Positions 38,577 to 51,265 of a stretch of 64,000 bases of DNA are shown one piece after another. Position 1 is the first letter of the stretch; each line of letters opens with the position of its first letter. Below the pieces are notes generated by a model, which did not search any database, was not told where the DNA came from, and saw only the letters and a list, made by a program, of their open reading frames with translations. Position numbers and translations under genes: made by a program. The stretch is from Alphaproteobacteria bacterium (GTDB lineage Bacteria; Pseudomonadota; Alphaproteobacteria; Bin95), in NCBI GenBank assembly GCA_965205265.1, contig CBDBGH010000003.1:4096001-4160000 (forward strand), read 5' to 3'.

Positions 38577-39401
38577 ATGAACGGTCCGCAGGCGAGGAGC
38601 GCCCGAATGGAACATGCCGACGGCAGGATGCTGGCCGGGAAGGAAGCCGGGATCGGCTGGATGACCTTCAACAATCCGGCCCGGCGCAACGCCATGACGA
38701 TGGAGATGTGGCAGGGCGCCGACGCCATCCTCGCGGATTTCGAGGCCGACCCGGAGGTGCGGGTCATCGTGCTGAAGGGCGCGGGCGACAAGGCCTTCGT
38801 TTCCGGAGCGGACATCTCGCAATTCGAGAAGAACCGCGCCGACGCCGCGGCCGCGGCGCGCTACGCGGAAGCGACCGATGCCGGCCGCCGGCGGCTCGCG
38901 GGCGCGGAAAAGCCCGTCATCGCCATGATCCGCGGCTTCTGCATGGGCGGCGGCCTCGGCATCGCCATGACCTGCGACCTGCGCTTCGCCGCCGAGGGCT
39001 CCGAGTTCGGCATTCCCGCCGCCCGGCTCGGCATCGCCTATAATTTCGAGAATGTGCAGAGCCTCGTCGGGCTGGTGGGGCCGGCGCGGGCCAAAGACAT
39101 CCTGTTCTCCGGCCGGAGGCTGCCGGCGGAGGAGGCCTATGCGATCGGCCTGATCGACCGTGTGCTGCCGGCAGCGGAACTGGAAGGCCATGTGCGCGAC
39201 TACGCGGCCCGGCTCGCGGTCAATGCGCCGCTCTCGATCCGCGCTTCCAAGCTTACCGTCCGTGAGGTGATGGCCGACCGGCAGGAGCGCGAGGCCGGAC
39301 TCATCGAGGCGCTGGCGAAAGCCTGCTTCGACAGCGCCGACTACCGCGAGGGCCGCACCGCCTTCATGGAAAAGCGCCGCCCGGTCTTCACCGGCAGTTG
39401 A
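38577..39401 (+). CDS. Enoyl-CoA hydratase/crotonase family
   Basis: AFVSGADI, GFCMGGG, FGIPAARLG, DYREGRTAFMEKRRP; start 38577 or 38607. Confidence 0.9.
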   Translation: MNGPQARSARMEHADGRMLAGKEAGIGWMTFNNPARRNAMTMEMWQGADAILADFEADPEVRVIVLKGAGDKAFVSGADISQFEKNRADAAAAARYAEATDAGRRRLAGAEKPVIAMIRGFCMGGGLGIAMTCDLRFAAEGSEFGIPAARLGIAYNFENVQSLVGLVGPARAKDILFSGRRLPAEEAYAIGLIDRVLPAAELEGHVRDYAARLAVNAPLSIRASKLTVREVMADRQEREAGLIEALAKACFDSADYREGRTAFMEKRRPVFTGS

Positions 39402-39476
39402 GCCGCGCGAGCCTGCTTCCGTCCGGCCGCCGATACGGCCGACGGCCTGGATACCCGCCTGGGAAGGACAGAACCG

Positions 39477-41405
39477 ATGGCGAATACCAGCAACAACACC
39501 CCGGCGACCGAGCGCGGCGCCCACCCGCTGAACGCGCTGACACCGGCCGAGATCGAGGCGGCGGGCGGAATCGTCCGGGCCTGGGAGGGGTGGACCGAAA
39601 CGACGAAATTCGAGGCGATCCGCCTGCATTACCCGGACAAGGCCGCATGCCGGGCCGAAATCGCGGCCGGCAGGGCCGGGGCCGGCCGCAGGGCCTATGT
39701 CAGCATTTACGACACGGCCGCGGTCAGCGTGAGCGAGCTCATCGTCGATCTCGCGGGCGGCAGGGTGGAATCGGCGACGGAGGTGCCGGGCGCCCGCCCG
39801 GCGATCAATGTCGATGAGTTCCTGGTCTGCGCCGAGACGGTGCCGCAGCATCCCGATTTCATCGCGGCGATGGAACGGCGCGGCGTGACCGATCTTTCCA
39901 ATATCCAGGTCGATCCCTTCTCGGCCGGCAATTTCGGCTTCGAGGACGAAAAAGACCGGCGGCTGGTGCACTGCCTGGTCTATCTGCGCTCCGACCCCTC
40001 GGACAACGGTTACGCCCACCCGGTCGAAGGCCTGAACGTGCTGTTCGACCTGAACCGCGTCGAGGTCGTGCGGGTCATCGACCAGAAGGTCCACAAGGTC
40101 CCGGCGGCCTCCTCGAACTACCAGGCCGCGCGGCCCGAGATCGCCGGAATCCTGCGCAGCGACCTCAGGCCCATCGACATTTCCCAGCCCGACGGGCCCA
40201 GTTTCACCGTGGAGGACCGGGTCGTCACCTGGGCCAATTGGCGCTTCCATGTCGAGTTCCACCCGCGCGAGGGGCTTGTGCTCAACGACATCCAGGTGCG
40301 CGGCGGCGAGAAGGCGCCCTGGCGGCCGCTCATCTGGCGCGCCTCGATTGCGGAAATGGTCGTGCCCTATGGCGACCCCTCCTTCAACAACTACCGCAAG
40401 AACGCGTTCGATGTGGGCGAATACGGCCTCGGCCAGGTCGCCAACCCGCTGAAGCTCGGCTGCGACTGCCGCGGCCATATCCACTATTTCGACGGTGTGT
40501 ACACGGTGACCTCGGGCGAGCCGGTAGTGGTCGAGAACGCCATCTGCCTCCATGAGGAAGATGACGGGATGCTCTGGAAGCATACCGACTACATGACCGA
40601 AGAGATGGAGCACCGCCGGGCGCGCCGGCTGCTGGTCTCCATGATCGCGACCGTGGGCAATTACGAATACGGTTTCTACTGGGTCTTCCACATGGACGGG
40701 ACGCTGGAGCTGGACGTGAAGGCGACCGGCATCATGAACACGCAGGGCCTGAATGCGGTTTCGGGAACGGACTACGGCACCGAGGTCATGCCCGGCGTCA
40801 CCGCGCCCAACCACCAGCACCTGTTCTGCGCCCGCCTCGACATGGCGGTGGACGGCGACGCCAACCGGCTGGTCGAGATGAATGTGGTGCAGCCGCCGAT
40901 GGGCGAGGAGAACCCGAACGGCAATGCCTTCCGGGCGGAGCGAACGGTGCTGAAGACGGAAACCGGCCGGACGCGCAATGCCGACACCGAACGGTTCTGG
41001 AAGGTGGAGAGCGCAAGAGCGGCCAACGCGCTCGGCCGGCCGACGGCCTACCGCCTGCATTCCAGCGGCATGCTCCGGCCCTGGTTCCATGCCAGGACGA
41101 TGATGTCGAAGCGCGCGGCCTTCATCTTCAACCATATGTGGTGCACGCCCTACGACGCAGGCGAGCGTTTCCCGGCCGGGCGGTTCGTCAACCAGAGCGA
41201 CGGCTCGGAGACCATCGCCGCCTGGGTCGAGCAGGGCCGGTCCATCGAGGATACGGATATCGTGCTGTGGCACACCTTCGGCCTGCTGCACCTGCCGCGC
41301 CTCGAGGACTGGCCGGTGCAGCCGGTCGCCCGCACCGGCTTCCGGCTCGAGGCCGACGGCTTCTTCGACCGCAATCCGACGCTCGACGTGCCGCCGGGAG
41401 CGTGA
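39477..41405 (+). CDS. Copper/topaquinone primary amine oxidase
   Basis: HPL, FDVGEYG, LGCDC, TVGNYEY (TPQ site), HQHLF and HLPRLEDWP copper ligands. Confidence 0.93.
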   Translation: MANTSNNTPATERGAHPLNALTPAEIEAAGGIVRAWEGWTETTKFEAIRLHYPDKAACRAEIAAGRAGAGRRAYVSIYDTAAVSVSELIVDLAGGRVESATEVPGARPAINVDEFLVCAETVPQHPDFIAAMERRGVTDLSNIQVDPFSAGNFGFEDEKDRRLVHCLVYLRSDPSDNGYAHPVEGLNVLFDLNRVEVVRVIDQKVHKVPAASSNYQAARPEIAGILRSDLRPIDISQPDGPSFTVEDRVVTWANWRFHVEFHPREGLVLNDIQVRGGEKAPWRPLIWRASIAEMVVPYGDPSFNNYRKNAFDVGEYGLGQVANPLKLGCDCRGHIHYFDGVYTVTSGEPVVVENAICLHEEDDGMLWKHTDYMTEEMEHRRARRLLVSMIATVGNYEYGFYWVFHMDGTLELDVKATGIMNTQGLNAVSGTDYGTEVMPGVTAPNHQHLFCARLDMAVDGDANRLVEMNVVQPPMGEENPNGNAFRAERTVLKTETGRTRNADTERFWKVESARAANALGRPTAYRLHSSGMLRPWFHARTMMSKRAAFIFNHMWCTPYDAGERFPAGRFVNQSDGSETIAAWVEQGRSIEDTDIVLWHTFGLLHLPRLEDWPVQPVARTGFRLEADGFFDRNPTLDVPPGA

Positions 41406-41475
41406 CGCGGCGGGCGCCGGCCCCTATCCTGCCTGCCCGCGCCCGGACGGCCGGAAAGGACGGGATATCGCCGCT

Positions 41476-42285
41476 TTGTTCGCCGCCTTGCGCATCGCCA
41501 GCCGCCTGCCGCTCGCCTGCCTCTACCCGGTCGGGCGGCTGCTGGTCCCGCTTGCCCGCGCGTTCGTGCCGAGTCGGCGCCGCGTGGCGGCGCGCAATCT
41601 CGCCTCCGCCTTCCCCGATGCCGGACTCCGGGCGCTGATGCGCCGCTTCTACGCCGCCAGCGCCGATCTCGCGATGGAGTCGATCCGGCTCATGGCCATT
41701 CCGAAGGCGGAACTGGGCGCCCGCGTCCGGCTGGAGGGCGCGGAAGCGCTGGAGGAGGGCGGCGCCCTGGTGCTGGCGGCCCATCACGGCAATATGCTCT
41801 GGGCCGTCGGCGCGCTGGCGGACGCCGTGCCTGCGCCGGTCTTCGTGATCTACAAGCCGCCGCACGGAGACGTGCTGCACCGCATGCTGGAGGCCATCGC
41901 GGCGCGCTTCGACGGCACGCTGGTGCCGCTCAGGAAAGTGCGCCGGACCGTGCTTCGCTGCCGGCAGGAAAGCGGCGTGCTCGTTCTGGTCGCCGACCAG
42001 CAGCCGGGCGCCGCCGAGCGCCGCGAGGTGGAGTTCTGCGGCCGGCACACGGCCTTCTTCGCCGGGCCGGACCGCATCGGCCGCGCGCTCGATTGGCCGG
42101 TCTATTACCTGTCCTGCCGGCGGACGGGGCGAGGGCGTTATCTCTGCCGGGTCGAGAAACTCTGCGAACCGCCTTATGAGGAAGGCGACGCCGGCATCGT
42201 CCGGCGCTACGCAGCGCGGCTGGAGGCCGACATCCGGAGCGCGCCGGAGGACTGGCTCTGGTTCCACAAGCGCTGGAAGGATTGA
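41476..42285 (+). CDS. Lipid A acyltransferase (LpxL/HtrB)-like
   Basis: AARNLASAFP, YKP, LVADQ, EADIRSAPEDWLWFHKRWK; catalytic motif atypical (HHGNML). Confidence 0.75.
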   Translation: MFAALRIASRLPLACLYPVGRLLVPLARAFVPSRRRVAARNLASAFPDAGLRALMRRFYAASADLAMESIRLMAIPKAELGARVRLEGAEALEEGGALVLAAHHGNMLWAVGALADAVPAPVFVIYKPPHGDVLHRMLEAIAARFDGTLVPLRKVRRTVLRCRQESGVLVLVADQQPGAAERREVEFCGRHTAFFAGPDRIGRALDWPVYYLSCRRTGRGRYLCRVEKLCEPPYEEGDAGIVRRYAARLEADIRSAPEDWLWFHKRWKD

Positions 42286-42303
42286 AGAGGGGGAGCGGGG
42301 AAC

Positions 42304-43759
42304 GATGACAGACGGCTGGGTGAGGCTGGACGACAGCGTTATCGACGGCGCGGACATGGGCGAACGGGCGGCGCGCGCGGCGACCGGTTTCGCGGGGCTC
42401 GGCGTCGGCCCCGGCGATGCGGTCGCCTGGCTGCTCCACAACGACGCCGCGGTGTTCACCGTCACCGATGCGGCCGGCATGCTCGGGGCCTATGCCGTGC
42501 CGGTCAACTGGCACCTCGCGCCCGACGAGGTGCGCTACATCCTCGCCGACAGCGGCGCGAAGGCGCTGGTCGGGCATCCGCATCTGCTGGCCCCTCTGGG
42601 CGATCTGGAGGTCCCGGCAATCCCGCTCTCGGACTGGCCGGACTGGCTCGCCGCCCATGAGCCTCATGCGGGGCCGCCGCTCGATCCGCCGGGTTCGATG
42701 ATGTACACCTCCGGCACGACGGGCCGGCCCAAGGGGGTGCGCCGCCAGCCGGCCACGCAGGCGCAGCGCGACACGATCGCGGCCTTCCTTGCCGAGATCT
42801 ACGGCCTGCATCCGGGCATGGTCTCGGCCGTGACGGCGCCGCTCTACCACGCCGCGCCCAACAACCACGCCATGATGACCCGGCTCGCCGGCGGCCATCT
42901 GGTGCTGATGGGGCGCTTCGACGCCGAGCGGTTCCTGGCGCTGGTCGAGGAGCATCGGATCGGCCATGCCTTCATGGCGCCGATCATGTTCGTGCGCCTG
43001 CTCAAGCTGCCGGAAGCGGTGCGGGCGCGCTACGACCTCTCCTCGCTCCGCCGCGTCATCCATGCGGGCGCGCCCTGCGCCCCCGATGTCAAGCGGGCGA
43101 TGATCGAGTGGTGGGGGCCGGTGCTGGTCGAATATTACGGCTCGACCGAGACCGGCATGGTGACATGGTGCGATTCCGAAGAGTGGCTCCGGCGGCCGGG
43201 CACGGTCGGCCCGGTGATGCCGAACGCCGAGATCGTCATCTTCGACGAGGACAAGCGCCGCCTCGGCCCCGGCGAGACCGGCGAGATCTACTGCCTGCAC
43301 CGGGACCTCATGCCCTTCACCTACCACAACGACCCGGAGAAGCGGGCCGGGGTGGAACATGCGGGCCTCGTGACCAATGGCGACATGGGCTATCTGGACG
43401 AGGCGGGCTACCTGTTCCTGAACGACCGCCGGCGCGACATGATTATCTCCGGCGGTGTGAACATCTACCCGGCCGAGATCGAGGCGGCGCTGATCGAGTG
43501 CCCCGGTGTGCGCGACTGCGCGGTGTTCGGCGTGCCGGACGAGGAATACGGAGAGCGGGTCGCGGCCGCCATCGAGCGCGAGCCCGGCAGCGATTGCGAC
43601 GAGACGGCGGTCGGCGCCTTCCTCACCGGGCGCATCGCGGGCTATAAGCACCCCCGCTTGGTCGTCTTCCACGACTCCCTGCCGCGCGAGGACACCGGCA
43701 AGATCTTCAAGCGCAAGCTCCGCGAGCCCTATTGGGAAGCGGCCGGCCGGCGCATCTGA
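42304..43759 (+). CDS. Acyl-CoA synthetase (AMP-binding)
   Basis: YTSGTTGRPKG, YYGSTE, NGDMG, PREDTGK. Confidence 0.9.
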
Positions 43760-43777
43760 GAAAAGGACGCGAACCCC

Positions 43778-44437
43778 ATGTTCTATGCCGACCACCGCGA
43801 ACACGGCCTCCGCCACAGCCCCTTCAAGGCGCTGGTCGCGCCGCGCCCCATCGCCTGGGTCTCGTCGCTCAGCACCGAGGGCGTGGTGAACCTCGCGCCC
43901 TACAGCTTCTTCAACGCCATGGCGGATTCGCCGCCGATCATCGTCTTCGCGCCCAACAATCCGCGCCTCGGCGGCGGGCGCAAGGACACGCTGGAGAATA
44001 TCGAGCAGACGGGCGAGTTCGTGGTCAATCTCTGCAATTGGGACCTGCGGGTGGCGATGAACGAAAGCTCCGCCCATGTGCCGCCGGATGTGGACGAGAT
44101 CGAGCTGGCTGGCCTGACGGCGGTTCCCTCGGAGGTCGTGAACGCGCCCCGCGTCGCCGAAGCCCCGGCCGCGCTCGAATGCGAGTTCCTGTTCCGCGTG
44201 CGCCTGCCGGGGTCGAGCCCGAAGATCGAGAACAATGCCTGCTTCGGCAGGGTGGTCGGCGTCCACATCGCGGACGACATCATCGTGGACGGCATGGTGG
44301 ACATGACCCGCTACCGGCCCATCGCGCGCTGCGGCTACATGGACTATGCGCTGGTCGAAAGCGTCTTCTCCATGGACCGCCCCGACGACAATCTCGAAGC
44401 CTACGAAGCCCGCAGACGCCAGGAAGCGGCGGAGTAG
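43778..44437 (+). CDS. Flavin reductase-like FMN-binding protein
   Basis: PRPIAWVSS, NLAPYSFFN, KDTLENI..TGEF. Confidence 0.88.
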   Translation: MFYADHREHGLRHSPFKALVAPRPIAWVSSLSTEGVVNLAPYSFFNAMADSPPIIVFAPNNPRLGGGRKDTLENIEQTGEFVVNLCNWDLRVAMNESSAHVPPDVDEIELAGLTAVPSEVVNAPRVAEAPAALECEFLFRVRLPGSSPKIENNACFGRVVGVHIADDIIVDGMVDMTRYRPIARCGYMDYALVESVFSMDRPDDNLEAYEARRRQEAAE

Positions 44438-44447
44438 CCGGGAACCT

Positions 44448-47090
<2,643 letters not shown>

Positions 47091-47192
47091 GCGTCGCAAT
47101 CCTCCGGGGCGGATGCGGGAAAGACGGGTTTGTATCGGCAGGGCCGGCGGCTGTCCACAGGCGGTGGGCCGTCCGGGGCGGGCGCCCCTCCG

Positions 47193-47459
47193 TCAGCGGG
47201 AACGGAGCAATTGCAGGATTTGCTGCTGGGTTGCGATGACCTGCTTCTGGGTCTCGATGATCTGCTTCTGGTTGGCCATGAGCTGCTTCTGGTTCGTCTC
47301 GAGCACCGCCAGCCGCTCCCGGTTCTGCTGCGCCGCCTCGCGGAGGTCGCGGAGCTCGACCGTCTGCCAGGCGAGAATGGCGCTCACGATTGCGAAGAGC
47401 AACAGCGCCACCCAGCGCGGCGTTCCCTCTTTCGCGGCAGCTGACCGCGCAGTAGCCAT
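47193..47459 (-). CDS. Small orphan protein: one TM helix plus heptad-repeat coiled coil
   Basis: WVALLLFAIVSAILAW, then LETNQKQ-LMANQKQ-IIETQKQ-VIATQQQ encoded by a 21-bp periodic repeat. Confidence 0.65.
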   Translation of the reverse strand: MATARSAAAKEGTPRWVALLLFAIVSAILAWQTVELRDLREAAQQNRERLAVLETNQKQLMANQKQIIETQKQVIATQQQILQLLRSR

Positions 47460-47555
47460 GGCGAAAACATATTGCGGCCCGTCCTGCGCGGCAATGCCCG
47501 TATCCTTCAGGCCTGGCGGCTGTCCACAGGCGGCGGCGCTGCGGGGCGGGCCTCG

Positions 47556-48782
47556 TCACGAGAGCCTCTGCAGCTCCCGGTGGACGCAGAACGGCAGGGC
47601 AAGCGAGAGGCCGAGGGCGATGAGGGACAGGACCAGCAGGAGGACGAAGGCCGCGTCGTAGGAGCCGTAGGCATCGTAGATCTCGCCGCCCACAAGCGCG
47701 CCGAAGCCGCCGGCGGAGTGGTGGACCATGGTGATGAAGCCCGTCACCGCGCCGAGCCGCGACCATGCGGCGATCTCGCGGCCGAAGACCACGGTGAGCG
47801 GTGCGGTGACCCAGAAGGTGACGCCGAACAGCAGCGCCGCGCCGGCGATGACGACAGGCTCCCGGCTGACCAGCAGGGCGGCGCACAGCAAGGTCCTCAG
47901 CAGGAAGCAGACCGCGGTCGGCAGCACCGGGCCCCGGCGGTCGTTCAGCACGCCGGTCAGCAGCACGCCGGCGACGCCGGCCAGCCCCATGAAGGCCAGG
48001 ATGTTGCCGGCGAGCAGGCGATCGACGCCCTCATCGACCGCAAAGGCGACCACATGGACGGCGATCAGGAAGTCCTGGAAGCCGCAGATCGCATAGATGA
48101 CGAGAAGCAGCTGGAGCCGGCGTGAGGCCAGTGCCTCGCGGAGGGTTGCCGCCCCCCTTTCCGGCGATGCGGCGGTCCGGGACGCATCGGCCGGCGGCGG
48201 AGCCGGCGCGGGACCGGGGGTGCTGCGCGCGAAGAGCAGCAGCGGCAGCACGCATATCAGCATCGCAATGCCGAGCGCGAGGAAGGACCCGCGCCAGCCC
48301 AGCACGGCGAGCTGCGCGGCGAGCAGCGAGATGACCAGCAGCTGGCCGAGGCCCATGCCGGAGATCGCGATGCTGTTGGCCATGCCCATGCGCTGCGGAT
48401 ACCAGCGGCTGAGCAGCACGCCGATGGGCGTGATCGAGGTGCCGGCGCTGCCCAGCGCGAACACGACGCCGTAAAGGAAAAGCACCTCCCACTGGCTCCC
48501 GGCGAAGCTCATACAGACGAGCGCGAGCGCCGAGACCAGCACCGCCGAGACCAGCACTTTCGCGCCGCCCGCGCGGTCCACAAGGCGGCCGACCAGGAAC
48601 ATGGCGCCGGCGGACAGCACCATGAACAGGGTGACATTGAGCGAGACGGCGCTGCGGCTCCACCCCAGGTCTTCGGTCATCGGCTGGAGCAGCAGGCCGA
48701 TGGCGAAGCGCGCGCCGCCGTTGAACAGCAGCACCAGGAAGCATGTCGCCAGCAGGAAGCGCGCAGCGGCGGCGGGGGTCAC
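47556..48782 (-). CDS. MFS transporter
   Basis: About 12 TM segments, GRLVDRAG motif A, second GVLNDRRG. Confidence 0.88.
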   Translation of the reverse strand: MTPAAAARFLLATCFLVLLFNGGARFAIGLLLQPMTEDLGWSRSAVSLNVTLFMVLSAGAMFLVGRLVDRAGGAKVLVSAVLVSALALVCMSFAGSQWEVLFLYGVVFALGSAGTSITPIGVLLSRWYPQRMGMANSIAISGMGLGQLLVISLLAAQLAVLGWRGSFLALGIAMLICVLPLLLFARSTPGPAPAPPPADASRTAASPERGAATLREALASRRLQLLLVIYAICGFQDFLIAVHVVAFAVDEGVDRLLAGNILAFMGLAGVAGVLLTGVLNDRRGPVLPTAVCFLLRTLLCAALLVSREPVVIAGAALLFGVTFWVTAPLTVVFGREIAAWSRLGAVTGFITMVHHSAGGFGALVGGEIYDAYGSYDAAFVLLLVLSLIALGLSLALPFCVHRELQRLS

Positions 48783-48813
48783 GGGCCGGGGCTCGCTTCC
48801 GGCTTTCCCGCCG

Positions 48814-50115
48814 TCACGGCCGCGCGAAGCGGTCGGGCGCGAACGGGGCCGGGTCGGCGGCCGGCTCCCGGCCGGTGGCGAGCTGGGCCGCCAGAAGGCC
48901 GAGTCCCGGACCCAGGCCGAAGCCGTGGCCGGAGAGCCCGGCGGCGAGCGTCAGCCCTTCCAGCCCGGCGACCGGCCCGACCAGCGGCGCCTCGTCGGGC
49001 GTGACGTCGATCATGCCGCCCCAGCTCTCGACCGCCTGCACGCCCTGCAACTGCGGATAGACGCGCCGCGCGCCGCGCAGAATGGCGTCGAGCAGGCGCC
49101 GGTCGGGCGGGGGATCGAGCGCCCGGGCCTGTTCCATCGGGCTGAACTGGTCCGCCCGCCAGCGGTTCCGGCCGAGCGCGCCGAAGAATTCCGGCCCGAA
49201 ACGGAGCTTCAGGAACCGCCAGCGGTCGCGGTAGAGCGGCAGGAACGTCCGGAAATGGGAAAACGCCGCCGGGATGAGGTCGAAGCGCGCCGCATGCACC
49301 CGCCCGACCGTGTAGCCGCCGTCCAGGCGCGGGCGTACCGAGGCAGTCCGCATGCCGACGGGGCCGTGCGCGATCGGCGGCGCGGGGGCCGTGCGCAATG
49401 CCTGTGAGCGCACGGCAAGCTGCGGAAGCGGGCGGCCCATGTTCTCCAGGAATGGCCGGCACCAGGCGCCGCCCGCCAGAATGACGGCCCGGCAGGCGAC
49501 GGTCCCGTGCTCGGTGACGACGCCGGCGATCCGTCCGCCCGCCGCTTCCAGGGTCCGCACGGCCGTGTGCTCGAAAACGGCCGCGCCCGCGTCCGAGGCC
49601 AGGCGCGCCAGCGCCGGGACCGCGAGCGCCGGTTCGGCATGCATGTCGCTGTCCGTGACCAGGGCGCCCGCGAACCGCCGCCCGTCCTGGCCGATCAGCT
49701 CGTCGGTCTCGGCCGGGGAGAGCATCCGCGACCCCAGCTGGAACGGCCGCGCCGAGGCAAGCCACGCTTCGCGCTCGGCAAGCTCCGCCCCGTCCTCGGC
49801 CACATAGGCGATGCCCTGCTGGCGAAGGCCGAAATCGACCGGGCTCTGCGCCCCGAACCGCCGCCAGAGCGCCTGCGCTTCCAGCATCAGCGGAATCTCG
49901 CGCAGGTCGCGCCCCTGGATGCGGATCCAGCCCCAATTGCGGGAGGACTGCTCGCCCGCGATCCGGCCCTTCTCGCAGAGCAGCACCGGCACGCCCCATT
50001 CCGCCAGGATGAGCGCGGCCGTCACGCCCACCACGCCGCCGCCGATGACGACGACCTCGACGGACCCGGGCAGCGGCCGGTCCGGGCCGGGCAGGAATTC
50101 CTGTGTCTCGTTCAT
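48814..50115 (-). CDS. FAD-dependent oxidoreductase (D-amino acid oxidase family)
   Basis: VIGGGVVG, EQSSRNWGW, SGHGFGLGPG. Confidence 0.9.
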   Translation of the reverse strand: MNETQEFLPGPDRPLPGSVEVVVIGGGVVGVTAALILAEWGVPVLLCEKGRIAGEQSSRNWGWIRIQGRDLREIPLMLEAQALWRRFGAQSPVDFGLRQQGIAYVAEDGAELAEREAWLASARPFQLGSRMLSPAETDELIGQDGRRFAGALVTDSDMHAEPALAVPALARLASDAGAAVFEHTAVRTLEAAGGRIAGVVTEHGTVACRAVILAGGAWCRPFLENMGRPLPQLAVRSQALRTAPAPPIAHGPVGMRTASVRPRLDGGYTVGRVHAARFDLIPAAFSHFRTFLPLYRDRWRFLKLRFGPEFFGALGRNRWRADQFSPMEQARALDPPPDRRLLDAILRGARRVYPQLQGVQAVESWGGMIDVTPDEAPLVGPVAGLEGLTLAAGLSGHGFGLGPGLGLLAAQLATGREPAADPAPFAPDRFARP

Positions 50116-50320
50116 GGCCGCGCAGCATGCGCCCGCCCCGCCCCGCCGCGCAACCGGAGGCAGGCGCGCGAGTCCGGCAGCCATCAACGGACGGGCAGCG
50201 CGGCGGAAGGGTGTTGTCTTCCGTCAAGCGAATCTTCCCGATATAGCCCGGCCGCAGTTGCGTGCCCTGTGAGAAAGAAGCATTTGACACAGGACTCTCT
50301 TCAAGGTGAATGTGGGACGC

Positions 50321-50587
50321 ATGAGAACGACGGTTGACCTCCCCGATGCGGTGCTGGACAAGGCTAGAGCCCTTGCCGCCAGCCGCAGTATGAGTCTGAA
50401 GCGCTTCATGGCGGAGGCACTGGAGGAGCATCTTCGCCGGTGCGGGGATACGCCTGCCATGCGGGGGCAGGAGCCGCCCTGGATGGCGGGCTTCGGGGAG
50501 CTTGCCGACCTCGCCGACGAGAACCGGCGCATTCTTGCCTTGATCGAGGAGGAATTCGAGTCTGTCGATCCCGACGACTCCGAATGA
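50321..50587 (+). CDS. VapB-like antitoxin (RHH type)
   Basis: MRTTVDLPDAVL..ARALAA...SLKRF; ATGA overlap with the PIN toxin. Confidence 0.8.
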   Translation: MRTTVDLPDAVLDKARALAASRSMSLKRFMAEALEEHLRRCGDTPAMRGQEPPWMAGFGELADLADENRRILALIEEEFESVDPDDSE

Positions 50588-50973
50588 TTCTCGATACCAA
50601 TGCCTTGTCCGCATGGGCGGAAGGACTGCCTGCGGTCGAGGCCCCGATGCAAGCGGCGCGCCGCTTGGTGGTGCCGAGCATCGTTCTGGGAGAGTATCTC
50701 TTCGGCATCCGCCAATCCCGTTACCTGAGCCGTTACGAGAGTTGGCTTCGTCATAACCTGCCGCTGGTCGAGATCGCCGGGGTCACCGAAGAAACGGCGG
50801 CCATCTACGCAGATATTCGCCTGGAACTGAAACGGGCCGGAAATCCTATACCATCCAACGACGTCTGGATCGCCGCCGTCGCCCGGCAACATTCCCTGCC
50901 GGTGTTGAGCAACGACGTACATTTCGATGCTGTGACCGGCCTCGGGCGCATCGACTTCCGCATCGGAGCGTGA
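50584..50973 (+). CDS. vapC: VapC PIN-domain toxin
   Basis: ILDTNAL, VLGE, PIPSNDVWIAA, SNDVHF. Confidence 0.9.
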   Translation: MILDTNALSAWAEGLPAVEAPMQAARRLVVPSIVLGEYLFGIRQSRYLSRYESWLRHNLPLVEIAGVTEETAAIYADIRLELKRAGNPIPSNDVWIAAVARQHSLPVLSNDVHFDAVTGLGRIDFRIGA

Positions 50974-51010
50974 CCCGGCTAACGGAACGGCCGGTCGTCG
51001 GGGCGGCCGG

Positions 51011-51265
51011 TCACCGGAGCGCCAAGAGGGCGGCGGCCTCCTTGTCCGGCATGCGCGCGATACGCCGCAGCGAGACGCACCGCGACGCGAACTCGCCGGC
51101 GATGGAGAGCGCATAGATCGCCTTGGGCCGCGAGAGTCCGGCGACGCGAAGCCCCTCCGGCCCGAGCGCCGGCTCCGCCCCGGGCGTGACGCTGCCGCCG
51201 GTAGCCTCCTCCAGCCGCGCCCGGATCGCCTGCCTCCTGAGCGCCATAGGCGGCGAAGCGTTCAT
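51011..51265 (-). pseudogene. Fragment of an AlkA/HhH-GPD DNA glycosylase
   Basis: AIRARL...LRVAGLSRPKAIYALSIA...MPDKEAAALLALR* stops just before the expected GIG.W HhH motif; no N-terminus. Confidence 0.5.

Noticed and set aside
47221-47300. 21-bp tandem repeat as a CRISPR array
   Set aside because: No unique spacers and no cas genes; it encodes in-frame heptads.
47151-47528. CTGTCCACA copies as DnaA boxes or an origin
   Set aside because: Only two imperfect copies, no AT-rich unwinding region or dnaA context; better explained as a duplicated -35 region.
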